The notes under the pieces: model-generated
What the model was told of the DNA's origin: nothing
The model's database searches: none
The model's input: only the letters and a program-made list of their open reading frames with translations
Translations under genes and position numbers: made by a program
Source: a virus
Lineage: Duplodnaviria > Caudoviricetes
Reading direction: 5' to 3' (one strand)
Virus record (IMG/VR): IMGVR_UViG_3300021167_000382
Coordinates: 1-64,000 of that record
Length of the DNA: 64,000 nucleotides
Shown: positions 40,258-50,074 of the stretch, one piece after another
Numbering within the stretch: position 1 is the first letter of the stretch
Layout of the letters: each line of letters opens with the position of its first letter

Positions 40258-43185
40258 ATGGCCACAACGGATTTCCAGCCTACGCCACTGTCAGCGGTAA
40301 AAGCGCGTTTTGATGAAGCTGTCTATGATCCGACACTACTGGTTCAGGCAGGTCTTGAAACATTGGAAGAGATTACAAATGGTGAAGCGCTCTTACTCGA
40401 TCCAACGCACCCCGCGGTAGTTATCTTGGAAATGGGCGCTATCGAAGCATCTAATGCAGTCCAGGCGACGATTGGATTGTTGAGAAAGCAGTATCCGATT
40501 CTTGCTGAAGAAGAATCGGATCTCTACCGCCATATGTCGGATAATGACTATGTGAATCGTTTCGCCTCTCCGAGTAGCGTTAGGATTACCATGGCCATCA
40601 TGGTTTCTGATATTTTTTCAAAGCTGATTCGTGATGAATCTGAGAACTGCTGGAAAGCGACAATCTCTCGCGATACTCGGTTCAATGTGGATGGCGTAAC
40701 CTTTACGCTCTGCTACCCGATCCATATTCGCCGTTACCAGACTGGGGCTATTCAGATCGCCTACGATACGACTATTTCATCGCCGATTCAATCTGTGAAA
40801 GAAGTCGTCATTACGCCAAAAGTTCGTAATTCTGCAAACAATGAAGAATGGATGTTCATTGAAGTCGATGTTATACAAGTTGATCGGATTTCATTCACAG
40901 CTGTGATTGAACAGATTTATAACTATCAGAAGACGATCGCGTTCACAGATCAATTCCACTTCGCTCGTGCTTTCTATCGGAATAACGATACAGCAAATGC
41001 CTGGGTTGAATTGAATACTACACATACGGATCAGGTATTCGACCCACGAGTCCCGACGGTACTCTTCCAGGTCATGGATCAGGAACTGGATGCCCGTATC
41101 CCGATCATTTACTTTAGTAACGGCAGTCTAACGGGTGAACTTCGGATCGACATCTATACCACTAAAGGTGAGTTGATCATGAACCTTCAGAATTACACTC
41201 AGGATTTATTTGGTGTTAATATGACGCCGATTGATGAAGAGCGTGATTATACCCCTTACGTCGATACCTTCTCATCCATTAGCTACTATGCCTTTGGAAC
41301 AGGGATCACTTCTGGTGGTAAGTCCGCCGTCGACTTCGAAACCCTTCGTAAGCGTGTCATCTATAACGCAACCGGTCCCCAGGTACTACCCATCACCAAT
41401 GTTTCTGTTCAAGCAGATGGTGAGAATTCATCTTACAACATCGTGAAAGACATCGATGTCGTTACTAATCGTGTCTTCCTGGCGACTCGGAAACTCCCAG
41501 CACCAACAAATCCAAAACTCGTGACGCCGGCCAATATCGGTATTGTGACTTACACAGGTAGCTTGAGTGACATGATGACTAGTGCGAGTATCGTTAAGAA
41601 CGGTGCTCGGTACACGATGAAGTCCAAAGCACTCTTTCAGCGGTCCAATGGCGTGCTCTCTCTATTATCGTCAGATACTGTAAGTTGGCTGAGATCGCTC
41701 AGTCAGAATCAGTTCATTGCTGAAGTCAATGAGACAGAATACCTCTACACGCCTTTTTACTATGTCCTAGATGAGACTGGTAATGAATTCGACATGCGTG
41801 CCTATTCGCTGGATCAACCCTACGCGGCCGATCTCAGTTTTGTCCGTATTAATCAATCACTCCAGCTCTTTGTCAATACCTCGTCTTATTCCTTTGAGAA
41901 AATCTCAACAGGTTATAAACTGACGATTCAAACGAACTCAGGAAACTATTTCAAGGATGCTGAAGATAACCACGTTGGTGTTCAGCTCGCCTTTAACCCT
42001 TATGGGGAAACTACCTATGCGTATATCAACGGCACTTACTTGGGTAAGACGTCTGGTAATGAACGCATCTATGAATTCACCATCGAAACAAATCATGACA
42101 TCGATGGCGATGATCTGATCTGTATTACAAATGCACGTGTCCAAGGGGTTGATGGGTATAAAGCTTGGATCAAGCTAGACACTACGTTCAATCTGCTGTA
42201 TCATACCTCGTTGGCTACCACTAACTTCGAAGCGGATACGACAGATGAAATACTCGGTCGGTGGCTTCTTCCTCAGGGATCGGTAGGGAATAGCCACGAG
42301 GAACTTCGTATTACCTTTGGTAAATCGCTGTCCTCACTCTGGCGTCGTGCTCGTAGCTACTTCAATGATACGACTTATCTTCGGTATGAGAGCGATATTC
42401 CGATGACGTATACGGAAGACACGTACGAGGTCGATCCTGTAACCAATTCAACCTTCACGATTGTTAATGGTGAGATCGTTTACAATGTGCTCCATGTTGC
42501 CGGTGATCCTGTTCTGAATGAACTCGGTGAACAGGTTTACCTGCACCGTAAAGGCGATGCTGTCCTGGATGAGAACGGTCATCCTATCAAAGTGATTTCT
42601 TCGATGGTTGGTCGTGAGCTGGATCTACTGGTCGTCGATGCACGTTATGAATTCGCAGATGACGAATCTACAATCCAGTACCTAAAAGAAATTGAATCGG
42701 TGCTTTCATCATGGGTCACTGTGGATATGGCTGCCATGGGCGCGGACCTCTTAGAGAAAACGAAAATCTATTTCTATCCGAAAACTAATATCGGAGAAGT
42801 CGTTGCCTATTACGAAGGTGATCAAGAGATTCGGTTGAATTCAGATCAAGAATTTAACTTAACGCTATATGTCAATGATGGCATTTTCAGAAATGACAGT
42901 ATTCGCGCTGACATCGAAACTCGGACTACGCGGCTACTGGACAGCTATATCGACCGTGCGACAGTGAATATGTCTGAAATCCGTGAACAGCTTCGGTTGC
43001 TTTATGGTAACTCGGTGACAGCATTCCAGATCTCTGGTCTGGGCGGTGATTCGAATTACGAAATGTTAACGATGCAAGATGGCCGCTATCGTCTTTCTTT
43101 GAAAAAGAATCTAGTGATGCGTGCTGATAAAAAGATGTATGTCAAGGATGCTGTTAACTTCGAGTTCAAACGTTCTTCAATCTGA
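40258..43185 (+). CDS. Baseplate wedge-like virion protein (phiKZ gp87-like)
   Basis: 975 aa; DPT.P...LE, YP.LA....DLY.HMSD.DY and YTTKG motifs. Confidence 0.7.
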   Translation: MATTDFQPTPLSAVKARFDEAVYDPTLLVQAGLETLEEITNGEALLLDPTHPAVVILEMGAIEASNAVQATIGLLRKQYPILAEEESDLYRHMSDNDYVNRFASPSSVRITMAIMVSDIFSKLIRDESENCWKATISRDTRFNVDGVTFTLCYPIHIRRYQTGAIQIAYDTTISSPIQSVKEVVITPKVRNSANNEEWMFIEVDVIQVDRISFTAVIEQIYNYQKTIAFTDQFHFARAFYRNNDTANAWVELNTTHTDQVFDPRVPTVLFQVMDQELDARIPIIYFSNGSLTGELRIDIYTTKGELIMNLQNYTQDLFGVNMTPIDEERDYTPYVDTFSSISYYAFGTGITSGGKSAVDFETLRKRVIYNATGPQVLPITNVSVQADGENSSYNIVKDIDVVTNRVFLATRKLPAPTNPKLVTPANIGIVTYTGSLSDMMTSASIVKNGARYTMKSKALFQRSNGVLSLLSSDTVSWLRSLSQNQFIAEVNETEYLYTPFYYVLDETGNEFDMRAYSLDQPYAADLSFVRINQSLQLFVNTSSYSFEKISTGYKLTIQTNSGNYFKDAEDNHVGVQLAFNPYGETTYAYINGTYLGKTSGNERIYEFTIETNHDIDGDDLICITNARVQGVDGYKAWIKLDTTFNLLYHTSLATTNFEADTTDEILGRWLLPQGSVGNSHEELRITFGKSLSSLWRRARSYFNDTTYLRYESDIPMTYTEDTYEVDPVTNSTFTIVNGEIVYNVLHVAGDPVLNELGEQVYLHRKGDAVLDENGHPIKVISSMVGRELDLLVVDARYEFADDESTIQYLKEIESVLSSWVTVDMAAMGADLLEKTKIYFYPKTNIGEVVAYYEGDQEIRLNSDQEFNLTLYVNDGIFRNDSIRADIETRTTRLLDSYIDRATVNMSEIREQLRLLYGNSVTAFQISGLGGDSNYEMLTMQDGRYRLSLKKNLVMRADKKMYVKDAVNFEFKRSSI

Positions 43186-43190
43186 CAGAC

Positions 43191-43224
43191 TACGACAAGG
43201 AGGGCTTTCGCCCTCCTTGTCGTA
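43191..43224. terminator. 15-bp stem-loop between convergent genes
   Basis: tacgacaaggagggc-tttc-gccctccttgtcgta. Confidence 0.6.
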
Positions 43225-43229
43225 TATGC

Positions 43230-44474
43230 TTAAGCAGTCAGAACAGCATTCATCACTTTGAAAACAGGTGCAGAGAGATCACGGCTAGTTTCAGCCAGAG
43301 TCAAGAACTGGAAAGTTTCAGAAAATGCGCTGATGATCCCAACAATGTGATTAACTGCTTCATGGAAGCGCCATTCCTTACCATCAACCACACATGGCGT
43401 ATTCTTCAGACAGGCTTCTTTCATAGCTTGAATGCGAACAACCTCATGTTCCAGATAAAGCTTCATCTGTTCAAGCTTTGCAACCGTCTCGCCGCCAGCG
43501 AAGAACGTTAGTAATTCATGGTAGCTGCAGCCGATATCGGGTTCGTCGCAAGATTCACCAAGTGGATGAAGAAGCTCAAGTACTGTCCGGTAGTATGGGG
43601 AAGTATTTGAAAGGTCATTATTCAGCGTTCGTTTAATAGTCTTTACGAAAGCACGACCGTCTTCATGCTGGAAGAAGTGACCAAGAGAACTAAACAAACC
43701 ACTAGGAACGCCGAATCCATATTCAATAATATCTTCATGACGATAGCAGTCTAGAGGAATATGACGGATGTCGTGTAGCTTCGAATCACGATGACGTTTA
43801 CCTGGTTCTCCAGTTTCAGTCACCAAGTAAGCAAGATAGTTTCCAGAAACACGCGAAGCTTGAAGATAGTTCATACACTTCGAAGCCCAGGCATTCTGAC
43901 ATTCAATTTCCTTCTCCAGGGAACCAATTAAAGCATTTGCGCGGTCGATGAAGAGATCTGCTTTATTGGTAAGGAAATCGGCATAGGTCTTAGCAAAAGC
44001 ATCATAATTCAGATTCAGTTCTTTCTTGAAGAACTTCTTCGTTTCAGCCAAATTAATGGTCGATGGATTTTCAGTGTATGAATCCAGAGGAACCTTTTCA
44101 TCCAGCCGTGCGGCAATACCTGCCGTCACGATCTTTTCAGATTCATCAGGGGAAGTATTGAGATCGATAGACTTCAAAAGCAACTGCACGTCACTGTAAG
44201 AAATGCTTTCGCTTGCCATAACCGTCTGTGCGACATCTTCCAGACGAATACGGTCACTTTCCAGATCTTTCTGGGTAGTCAGAATGATTTCGAAATCATC
44301 GAAGTTCTCGATCACTTCGTGTCCAAGCTTATCAGTGGACTCTGTGTCTGTGTTGATGATAATCGTTGCCCCACTGCCCGCGTTCATTTCATTAGGCTGC
44401 GTGATGGCGTCGGTTTGATGTAGAGAATCCAAAGTGTCTTGATTGAGACCCATGGTCAGCATGCTCATGTTCAC
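43230..44474 (-). CDS. Head protein (phiKZ gp86-like)
   Basis: Acidic N-terminus, ASES site, SYT..PS.IN motif; synteny. Confidence 0.5.
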   Translation of the reverse strand: MNMSMLTMGLNQDTLDSLHQTDAITQPNEMNAGSGATIIINTDTESTDKLGHEVIENFDDFEIILTTQKDLESDRIRLEDVAQTVMASESISYSDVQLLLKSIDLNTSPDESEKIVTAGIAARLDEKVPLDSYTENPSTINLAETKKFFKKELNLNYDAFAKTYADFLTNKADLFIDRANALIGSLEKEIECQNAWASKCMNYLQASRVSGNYLAYLVTETGEPGKRHRDSKLHDIRHIPLDCYRHEDIIEYGFGVPSGLFSSLGHFFQHEDGRAFVKTIKRTLNNDLSNTSPYYRTVLELLHPLGESCDEPDIGCSYHELLTFFAGGETVAKLEQMKLYLEHEVVRIQAMKEACLKNTPCVVDGKEWRFHEAVNHIVGIISAFSETFQFLTLAETSRDLSAPVFKVMNAVLTA

Positions 44475-44522
44475 TATCCTTAGTAACGGAGTGGAGGAAT
44501 ACCCTCCACTCCTGTGTTGTGA

Positions 44523-45038
44523 TTAGCTTGGTACCTGCTCAGCCATCGGGTCCTTAACATCAGACGGACGGATCGAAAGCGACGCGCTGAGTTCCTTGTA
44601 GATAGGACCGAGACGTGTAATCAAGGATGTCACCATGCCGCCATCTTTCTGAATGGTATCCAGGGCATCCTTAGAGAAACACGAGGACAGGGTGAAGAAG
44701 TCCACCAGACAAGTTTCAGGATTGATCGCGAGGGGGATTTCAGCCATGTTCACCATATTCAGACGGAACTGGAGGAAAGCCCTAACCAAGTCTTCGGTAG
44801 ACCGCATGTCGAATGGGATCAGTTCATTGATCTTCGACATCGCTTCACGCACGCTGATAGCATGGTTCATACGGTAGTAACCACCGAGGTCATCCGTACC
44901 GCCAGCAGGAAGGGCGAGCTTCGAAGAGATAACGTAAGCCAATGATACGTTAAAGGCGCGGTTATGATTCGCACCTTGATTCTGAAGATCCATCAAACTA
45001 CGGATAGATGATTGGCTGAGTGTTGCGATTTGGTACAT
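44523..45038 (-). CDS. Virion protein (phiKZ gp85-like)
   Basis: Size and synteny. Confidence 0.5.
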   Translation of the reverse strand: MYQIATLSQSSIRSLMDLQNQGANHNRAFNVSLAYVISSKLALPAGGTDDLGGYYRMNHAISVREAMSKINELIPFDMRSTEDLVRAFLQFRLNMVNMAEIPLAINPETCLVDFFTLSSCFSKDALDTIQKDGGMVTSLITRLGPIYKELSASLSIRPSDVKDPMAEQVPS

Positions 45039-45040
45039 GG

Positions 45041-46348
45041 TTAATCCTTTACGGTACGGAGTTCGGCGGAGGCGGTGAAGAGATCATTCGAAGCCAAGGA
45101 TTCTAGCAACTTCTGCGCTTCAATTGAATTGAGTGCTTCACGGTTCGATGAGAAAATCAGATTAGAAAAACGATTCATAAGACCGCGATGAACCGCTGTT
45201 TCTTTAATGATGCTGTCCAGATCGTAGATCGTTTCAAGCATATTCTTTACAAGCGATGTCGGCAGCGTCCGATCCTTCAGCTGTTCAACAACATCCTGAC
45301 GAATCCGAATATAACGATCCCTCAGTTTATCGTAAGTGTAGTCTTGAAAGTCTTCTCCAGAGATATACGTCCAGAACATAGACATAATCGCCAGACACGC
45401 ACCTGAGACAAAAGTCACCGGGTTAATCAAGACCGCTACTGTTAGCGATGCCATGGAGATAACGACCAAGAATTCCATCAGGTACGCCAATTTCATCATG
45501 GATGGATTCTTCTCAATCCCTTCTGTATGAAGTTTGTCTAATGCAATCGCCAGATGGCGACCATAGCCAAATCGACCTGAGAAACTGTCAGAAAGCTCTT
45601 CATAGGCAGTATCGTTATAACGATCGTTCTGCATCTGACTGCGAACCATGCCGACAATTACTTTGAACCAAACGAGACCAGCTACCACACGGTTGCCGTT
45701 CAACAAAGAGTCCACTTCTTCTTTCTTAACCGAAGACGTTACTTTGCTAAGTTCTTTGTAAATGTATTCCAGATCTTCCGTGCCTTTACGATTCATGACA
45801 CGTTGCTGGATAGAGGCAAGCACTTGATTGGTTCGATCCGTGCGATCTGAGTAATAGCAGGCATTGAAACCATGTCCCAGTTCATGCAAGATAATCGCAG
45901 TAACTTCCCCCGTATTCATCCCATGATGAGACATGAGTGCGGAGAAGTTAATATAGACAGGATGGTCATATTCAGAGAAGATACCTGAGACTACGGCCTT
46001 ATGGAGATTCACAGTTCCTACCTGACCATTTTGGGATCGCAGCAGTTTACTCTGATCATGGATATTCACATTTCCTCGGAAGAACTCACTCAGGAAAATG
46101 TGATTACGGTTGGAATAGTAGGGAAGAATGCAGGCCAAGTGACCATTGGTCCGAATAGTAATCTTCAGGCCAAGGCGATTAAAGACCGCTTTTTCGATTT
46201 TCTTTACAAACGGATGACCGTCCAAATTCTTGTCATGGAGATTCTTACTTTCGATCTCTTCCATCAACAGACCAACCAGAGATTCAAGTCTCTGAGCGAA
46301 GTCGTCCGTCTGACGATCGATATGCTCCATAGCGGCAATAATACCCAT
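45041..46348 (-). CDS. Virion protein with zincin HExxH motif and TM segments (phiKZ gp84-like)
   Basis: E.TAIILHELGH, E..SD.F..RFGYG, a hydrophobic hairpin and LE.LA.N.LF. Confidence 0.7.
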   Translation of the reverse strand: MGIIAAMEHIDRQTDDFAQRLESLVGLLMEEIESKNLHDKNLDGHPFVKKIEKAVFNRLGLKITIRTNGHLACILPYYSNRNHIFLSEFFRGNVNIHDQSKLLRSQNGQVGTVNLHKAVVSGIFSEYDHPVYINFSALMSHHGMNTGEVTAIILHELGHGFNACYYSDRTDRTNQVLASIQQRVMNRKGTEDLEYIYKELSKVTSSVKKEEVDSLLNGNRVVAGLVWFKVIVGMVRSQMQNDRYNDTAYEELSDSFSGRFGYGRHLAIALDKLHTEGIEKNPSMMKLAYLMEFLVVISMASLTVAVLINPVTFVSGACLAIMSMFWTYISGEDFQDYTYDKLRDRYIRIRQDVVEQLKDRTLPTSLVKNMLETIYDLDSIIKETAVHRGLMNRFSNLIFSSNREALNSIEAQKLLESLASNDLFTASAELRTVKD

Positions 46349-46458
46349 AGCGCTACCTTCCTAAGTGTTCAGATTAAAAAGCCAATGGTGCTTGATCCAT
46401 TGACAAAACATTTCTGTTAAGTACCAGAAGATTCCAGTAATTCAGGGGAATATAGATA

Positions 46459-48222
46459 ATGACTGAAAGTGAAAAGAAAGTAGTTAGTAAAGAGTGTCGG
46501 TTCGCTGTCCACATTCCTTCCAAGTCGCATGATGTTCCTGATTACCATTTAGTTAAGGAAATCATTCACTATGATGACGGTTCAGCAGCGCCAAACATCA
46601 CTTACTTGAAAGATTTCAAGCGTTCTTTTGGTGTTACGAAAGAAGCCTATCGGAATCATGAACAGAAGAAAGAATCCGAATCGCTCGATAAACTTGTGAT
46701 CCACCATTGCACACAGTCTGAAATGACTAAGAAGGTGGCTAGGGCACTTGGTAATCCATTTGACCCAAGACCGCTGAATCGCTTGTCAGCTTCACCTTTC
46801 CTCTATGGATCAGATATTTCCTCCACCTCGGTCATTAAGTACGAGTACATGAAGAAGTATCCAGACACCTCCACGCCTTACAGTGTAGCACACCTAGACA
46901 TCGAAACAGATGTAGTCAATGGGACAGATGATCCAACGATGATCTCTATCGTCTATGGTAAGAAGATTCTGTTTGCGGTCGACCAGGGTTTTCTGAAGGG
47001 CTACACGGACATCGAGAACCGCTATCGTGCTACGGTTAAGAAGTATATCCAAGAATATGTCGATAAGCATAACTACGAGATTGAATTCTATCTCGCAACT
47101 GATTGCATCGACATGCTTAAGAAGGCTTTCGAACGACTGCATCAATGGTTACCTGACTTTGTAGCTGTCTGGAACATCGGCTTCGACGTACCGCGTATGT
47201 TAGCAACCTTCGAAAAATATGGCGTTAATGCTGCGGATATTGTCTGTCACCCGAAACTCCCAGCGAACCTTCGCTTTGTCAAGTATCGTGAAGGGTCAAC
47301 GAAGAAGATCACGGCCTCTGGTCAAGTTAAGCCGAAGAAGCCGTCTGAACAATGGCACAGCCTGATCGCACCTGCGGGTTTCTGGTTTATTGACCAGATG
47401 AGCTCCTATCGATTCATTCGTCAAGGTGGTCAAGAGAAAGAAGAATACTCACTCGACTTTATCCTTCAAGAAGAACTTGGCATTCGTAAGTTGAAATTCG
47501 AAGAAGCAGATGGCTATCATCGACTTGAATGGCATAAATTCATGCAGAAGAACTATCCGTTCGAATACATGGTCTACAATACCTTTGATTCGATCTCCTG
47601 TCATGAACTAGAACTGAAGACGAAAGACTTGTCTCAGTCGGTCCCTATTCGGACCAATATCTCTGACTTTACACGTTTTGATTCTCAAACCAAGCGGTTT
47701 GCAGATAAGTACCATTACTTCCTTCTGGAAAAGAAAGGCGAGATGATCGCCACGATTCCCCCTAAGGAGAAAGAAAAGGCGAATGAAGAAGACGCTGACT
47801 TCATTGGTGAATTTGAAGACGATGATGAAGACGAGGTTGTTCAAGAAGGAACACTTGAAGACATCATGGAGAATAAAGATTCTGTGCTTAATTTACGCAA
47901 CTGGATCGTAACTTTGAAGTCACATATGTCAGTGCTCGGCCTTAAGATCGTTGACGAGGTTGATTCCTTAGAAACCCTGATTCGTGCGTTCACCTATGAC
48001 TCAGATGCAGTGTCTGCCTATCCAACCTGCACTGCGGTAGCTAACGTCTCTCGAGCAACGACTTTGTTTGAGATCATTGACATCGCAGGTGTCGATGAAG
48101 ACATCTATCGCCAACAGAACATCAATCTACTTCAAGGCCATGTGAATGCACTTGAATACTGTAACAAGATGTTCAAGCTACCTCGACTTGAAGACTCTCT
48201 TTCATTGTTCGATGATATGTAA
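46459..48222 (+). CDS. Split family-B DNA polymerase, exonuclease-containing subunit (phiKZ gp82-like)
   Basis: ExoI DIETD, ExoII WNIGFD, ExoIII YNTFD and palm motif A DAVSAYP; no DTD motif C. Confidence 0.8.
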   Translation: MTESEKKVVSKECRFAVHIPSKSHDVPDYHLVKEIIHYDDGSAAPNITYLKDFKRSFGVTKEAYRNHEQKKESESLDKLVIHHCTQSEMTKKVARALGNPFDPRPLNRLSASPFLYGSDISSTSVIKYEYMKKYPDTSTPYSVAHLDIETDVVNGTDDPTMISIVYGKKILFAVDQGFLKGYTDIENRYRATVKKYIQEYVDKHNYEIEFYLATDCIDMLKKAFERLHQWLPDFVAVWNIGFDVPRMLATFEKYGVNAADIVCHPKLPANLRFVKYREGSTKKITASGQVKPKKPSEQWHSLIAPAGFWFIDQMSSYRFIRQGGQEKEEYSLDFILQEELGIRKLKFEEADGYHRLEWHKFMQKNYPFEYMVYNTFDSISCHELELKTKDLSQSVPIRTNISDFTRFDSQTKRFADKYHYFLLEKKGEMIATIPPKEKEKANEEDADFIGEFEDDDEDEVVQEGTLEDIMENKDSVLNLRNWIVTLKSHMSVLGLKIVDEVDSLETLIRAFTYDSDAVSAYPTCTAVANVSRATTLFEIIDIAGVDEDIYRQQNINLLQGHVNALEYCNKMFKLPRLEDSLSLFDDM

Positions 48223-48304
48223 TTCATAAATAGGTTGGACTTCTTTTGGTTGAGTCTGTGCTGAGATTTATCTTGGCAGGGTAGGTCATTTCTGAAGAGA
48301 GTTA

Positions 48305-48334
48305 AGAGGAGGGCGAAAGCCCTCCTCTCTTTTT
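48305..48334 (+). terminator. Intrinsic terminator (GAAA loop)
   Basis: agaggagggc-gaaa-gccctcctct-cttttt. Confidence 0.75.
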
Positions 48335-48363
48335 CATTAACTTTAACACTGTGATTTCATAAT

Positions 48364-48401
48364 ACCACCTAGAGCTAGCCGTAAAGCTAGCTCTAGGTGG
48401 T
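48364..48401 (-). terminator. 16-bp stem-loop after the minus-strand gene
   Basis: accacctagagctagc-cgtaaa-gctagctctaggtggt. Confidence 0.55.
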
Positions 48402-48413
48402 GAGTAGTCGCGA

Positions 48414-49280
48414 TTAAGCGTAGAAGCGTTGGAGGTTATCCATACAGCGAGCATTCAAGAAGGTCGGTGCAATGGCATCCAAACGAACCCGCTTCACATC
48501 CTGCTTACGTGTTTCGCTATTGCGAGTCACACGAAGCAGAGTCAGAAGATTGTTGTATGCATTGGCACGTTCTTCATCCTTCCAAGAGTCGAGATGACGC
48601 GAGGTGGAGTATTCCGACAACGGGGTGTAATCCTTAGCCGTCGGACGATCGCCGTGGTGCTCAGCGAAATAAACCAACATCGTTGCCCAGCCCTTACGGA
48701 AGTCCTCGTAGTCCTTGCGAAGAAGAACAGTGATGAAATCCAACAGATCGCGCTGTGCTTCCATTGCCTGAGTAGCAGAAATGGGTGCACGTGGGCGCAT
48801 ACGGGTACAGAACTGATCCAAGGCATCCAACGCTTGCTTCTGAATCAACGTTCCGTTTTCACGGATGTTGTTCAGATACTGCTGGTTCTCAGACGAACCT
48901 TCCGACTGATCGACTGCAGGCTGGATTTCAACCACAGGCGCAGCGACCGGAATGGGTTCAGATACGACTTCCGCGACCGGAGCCGCAGTAGAGGCATCCT
49001 GGACACCAGGGCTGAGGGGGTCGGCGGTGGCGACACTGGGTTCAGCGGCTTCAAAGGTGGGTCCTTCAGAGGTACTGTCGGCATCGGGTTCGATGGGTTC
49101 GGCGCCTTCGTTGGAATCACTTTCACCTTCTTTGTCTTCTTGCACTTCTTCGAGAAGTTCGGCAGCGGGAGCAACCTGCTCTTCACTACTGACGTCACTG
49201 ACACCGGCTTCGTTTTGGATTTCTTCAGCGGCATCGTTTTCACCTTGCAACTGCTCATTCGTGGATTGTTGATCAGACAT
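48414..49280 (-). CDS. Conserved jumbo-phage protein with acidic disordered N-terminal half
   Basis: ATG at 49280 with aaggag RBS; E/A/P-rich N-terminus and a helical C-terminal domain. Confidence 0.65.
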   Translation of the reverse strand: MSDQQSTNEQLQGENDAAEEIQNEAGVSDVSSEEQVAPAAELLEEVQEDKEGESDSNEGAEPIEPDADSTSEGPTFEAAEPSVATADPLSPGVQDASTAAPVAEVVSEPIPVAAPVVEIQPAVDQSEGSSENQQYLNNIRENGTLIQKQALDALDQFCTRMRPRAPISATQAMEAQRDLLDFITVLLRKDYEDFRKGWATMLVYFAEHHGDRPTAKDYTPLSEYSTSRHLDSWKDEERANAYNNLLTLLRVTRNSETRKQDVKRVRLDAIAPTFLNARCMDNLQRFYA

Positions 49281-49339
49281 GTTCACTCCTTGATTATTAC
49301 GACGTTTCTTACCCAAGATATTCTCCTCTTTGCTGGATG

Positions 49340-50062
49340 TTACTTACCAAAGATCTGAGTCACGTATTCACGCAAACGCTGTTCAGCGGTCGGGTTCCCG
49401 AGATTGTAGATAGGGACACCTGATGCAGAAGCGATCGCGATGGTGTGACCAACTAATCCAGTCTTGGCAGTCTTGTTACGGACATGCTCAATACCATCTT
49501 CCGTCCAGATCAAAAGGAAACGAGCAGGACTAACCATCTTATCCCCGAGGATCAGGCGTGCGTTCTTTGCAAGGATATGCTGAACGCCCTTCTTCATGGT
49601 GTCGTAGGTCGGATGGTACATCTTCGCAATGCAATGTGCTCGTTCGCTATTCCAAGTCAGCTTGGATTCCTTTTCTTCGAAATCCCGCCAAGGAAGAATA
49701 CGTTCGCGCTTCTGAGTAGCGGCTTCATCGGCAGCCAGTTCCACCGGACCATCGCAGCCCGTACGAACCGTGAACCCGTGGTCGTTCAAGAACGCGACCA
49801 GTTCCTTAACCTTGGTCAGGATTTCCGGTGGAGCGTCCTTATTACCTGTCACAGCACAAGGGAGGTAGATCGTCGGATCAAGCACTTCTTCTTTGCGCTG
49901 GAACGGCTTTCCGCCACCACCGCCACCTTGCCAAGGTTTCTTCTGCCAGGGTTTCTTGAAGCCATCGTTACCACTGTTATGGCTCTGGCTCTGACCACCG
50001 TAACTTGAGCCACTGCTATTACCGAAGCCTCCGGGAATATCCGGAAAAGTTGTTCCATTCAT
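49340..50062 (-). CDS. SLOG/DprA-like nucleotide-binding protein
   Basis: AVTG.KD.P, GFTVRTG..G, LPW..F, A.NA..ILG, WT.DG and IPIYNL-like motifs. Confidence 0.7.
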   Translation of the reverse strand: MNGTTFPDIPGGFGNSSGSSYGGQSQSHNSGNDGFKKPWQKKPWQGGGGGGKPFQRKEEVLDPTIYLPCAVTGNKDAPPEILTKVKELVAFLNDHGFTVRTGCDGPVELAADEAATQKRERILPWRDFEEKESKLTWNSERAHCIAKMYHPTYDTMKKGVQHILAKNARLILGDKMVSPARFLLIWTEDGIEHVRNKTAKTGLVGHTIAIASASGVPIYNLGNPTAEQRLREYVTQIFGK

Positions 50063-50074
50063 CGCCTGATTCCT

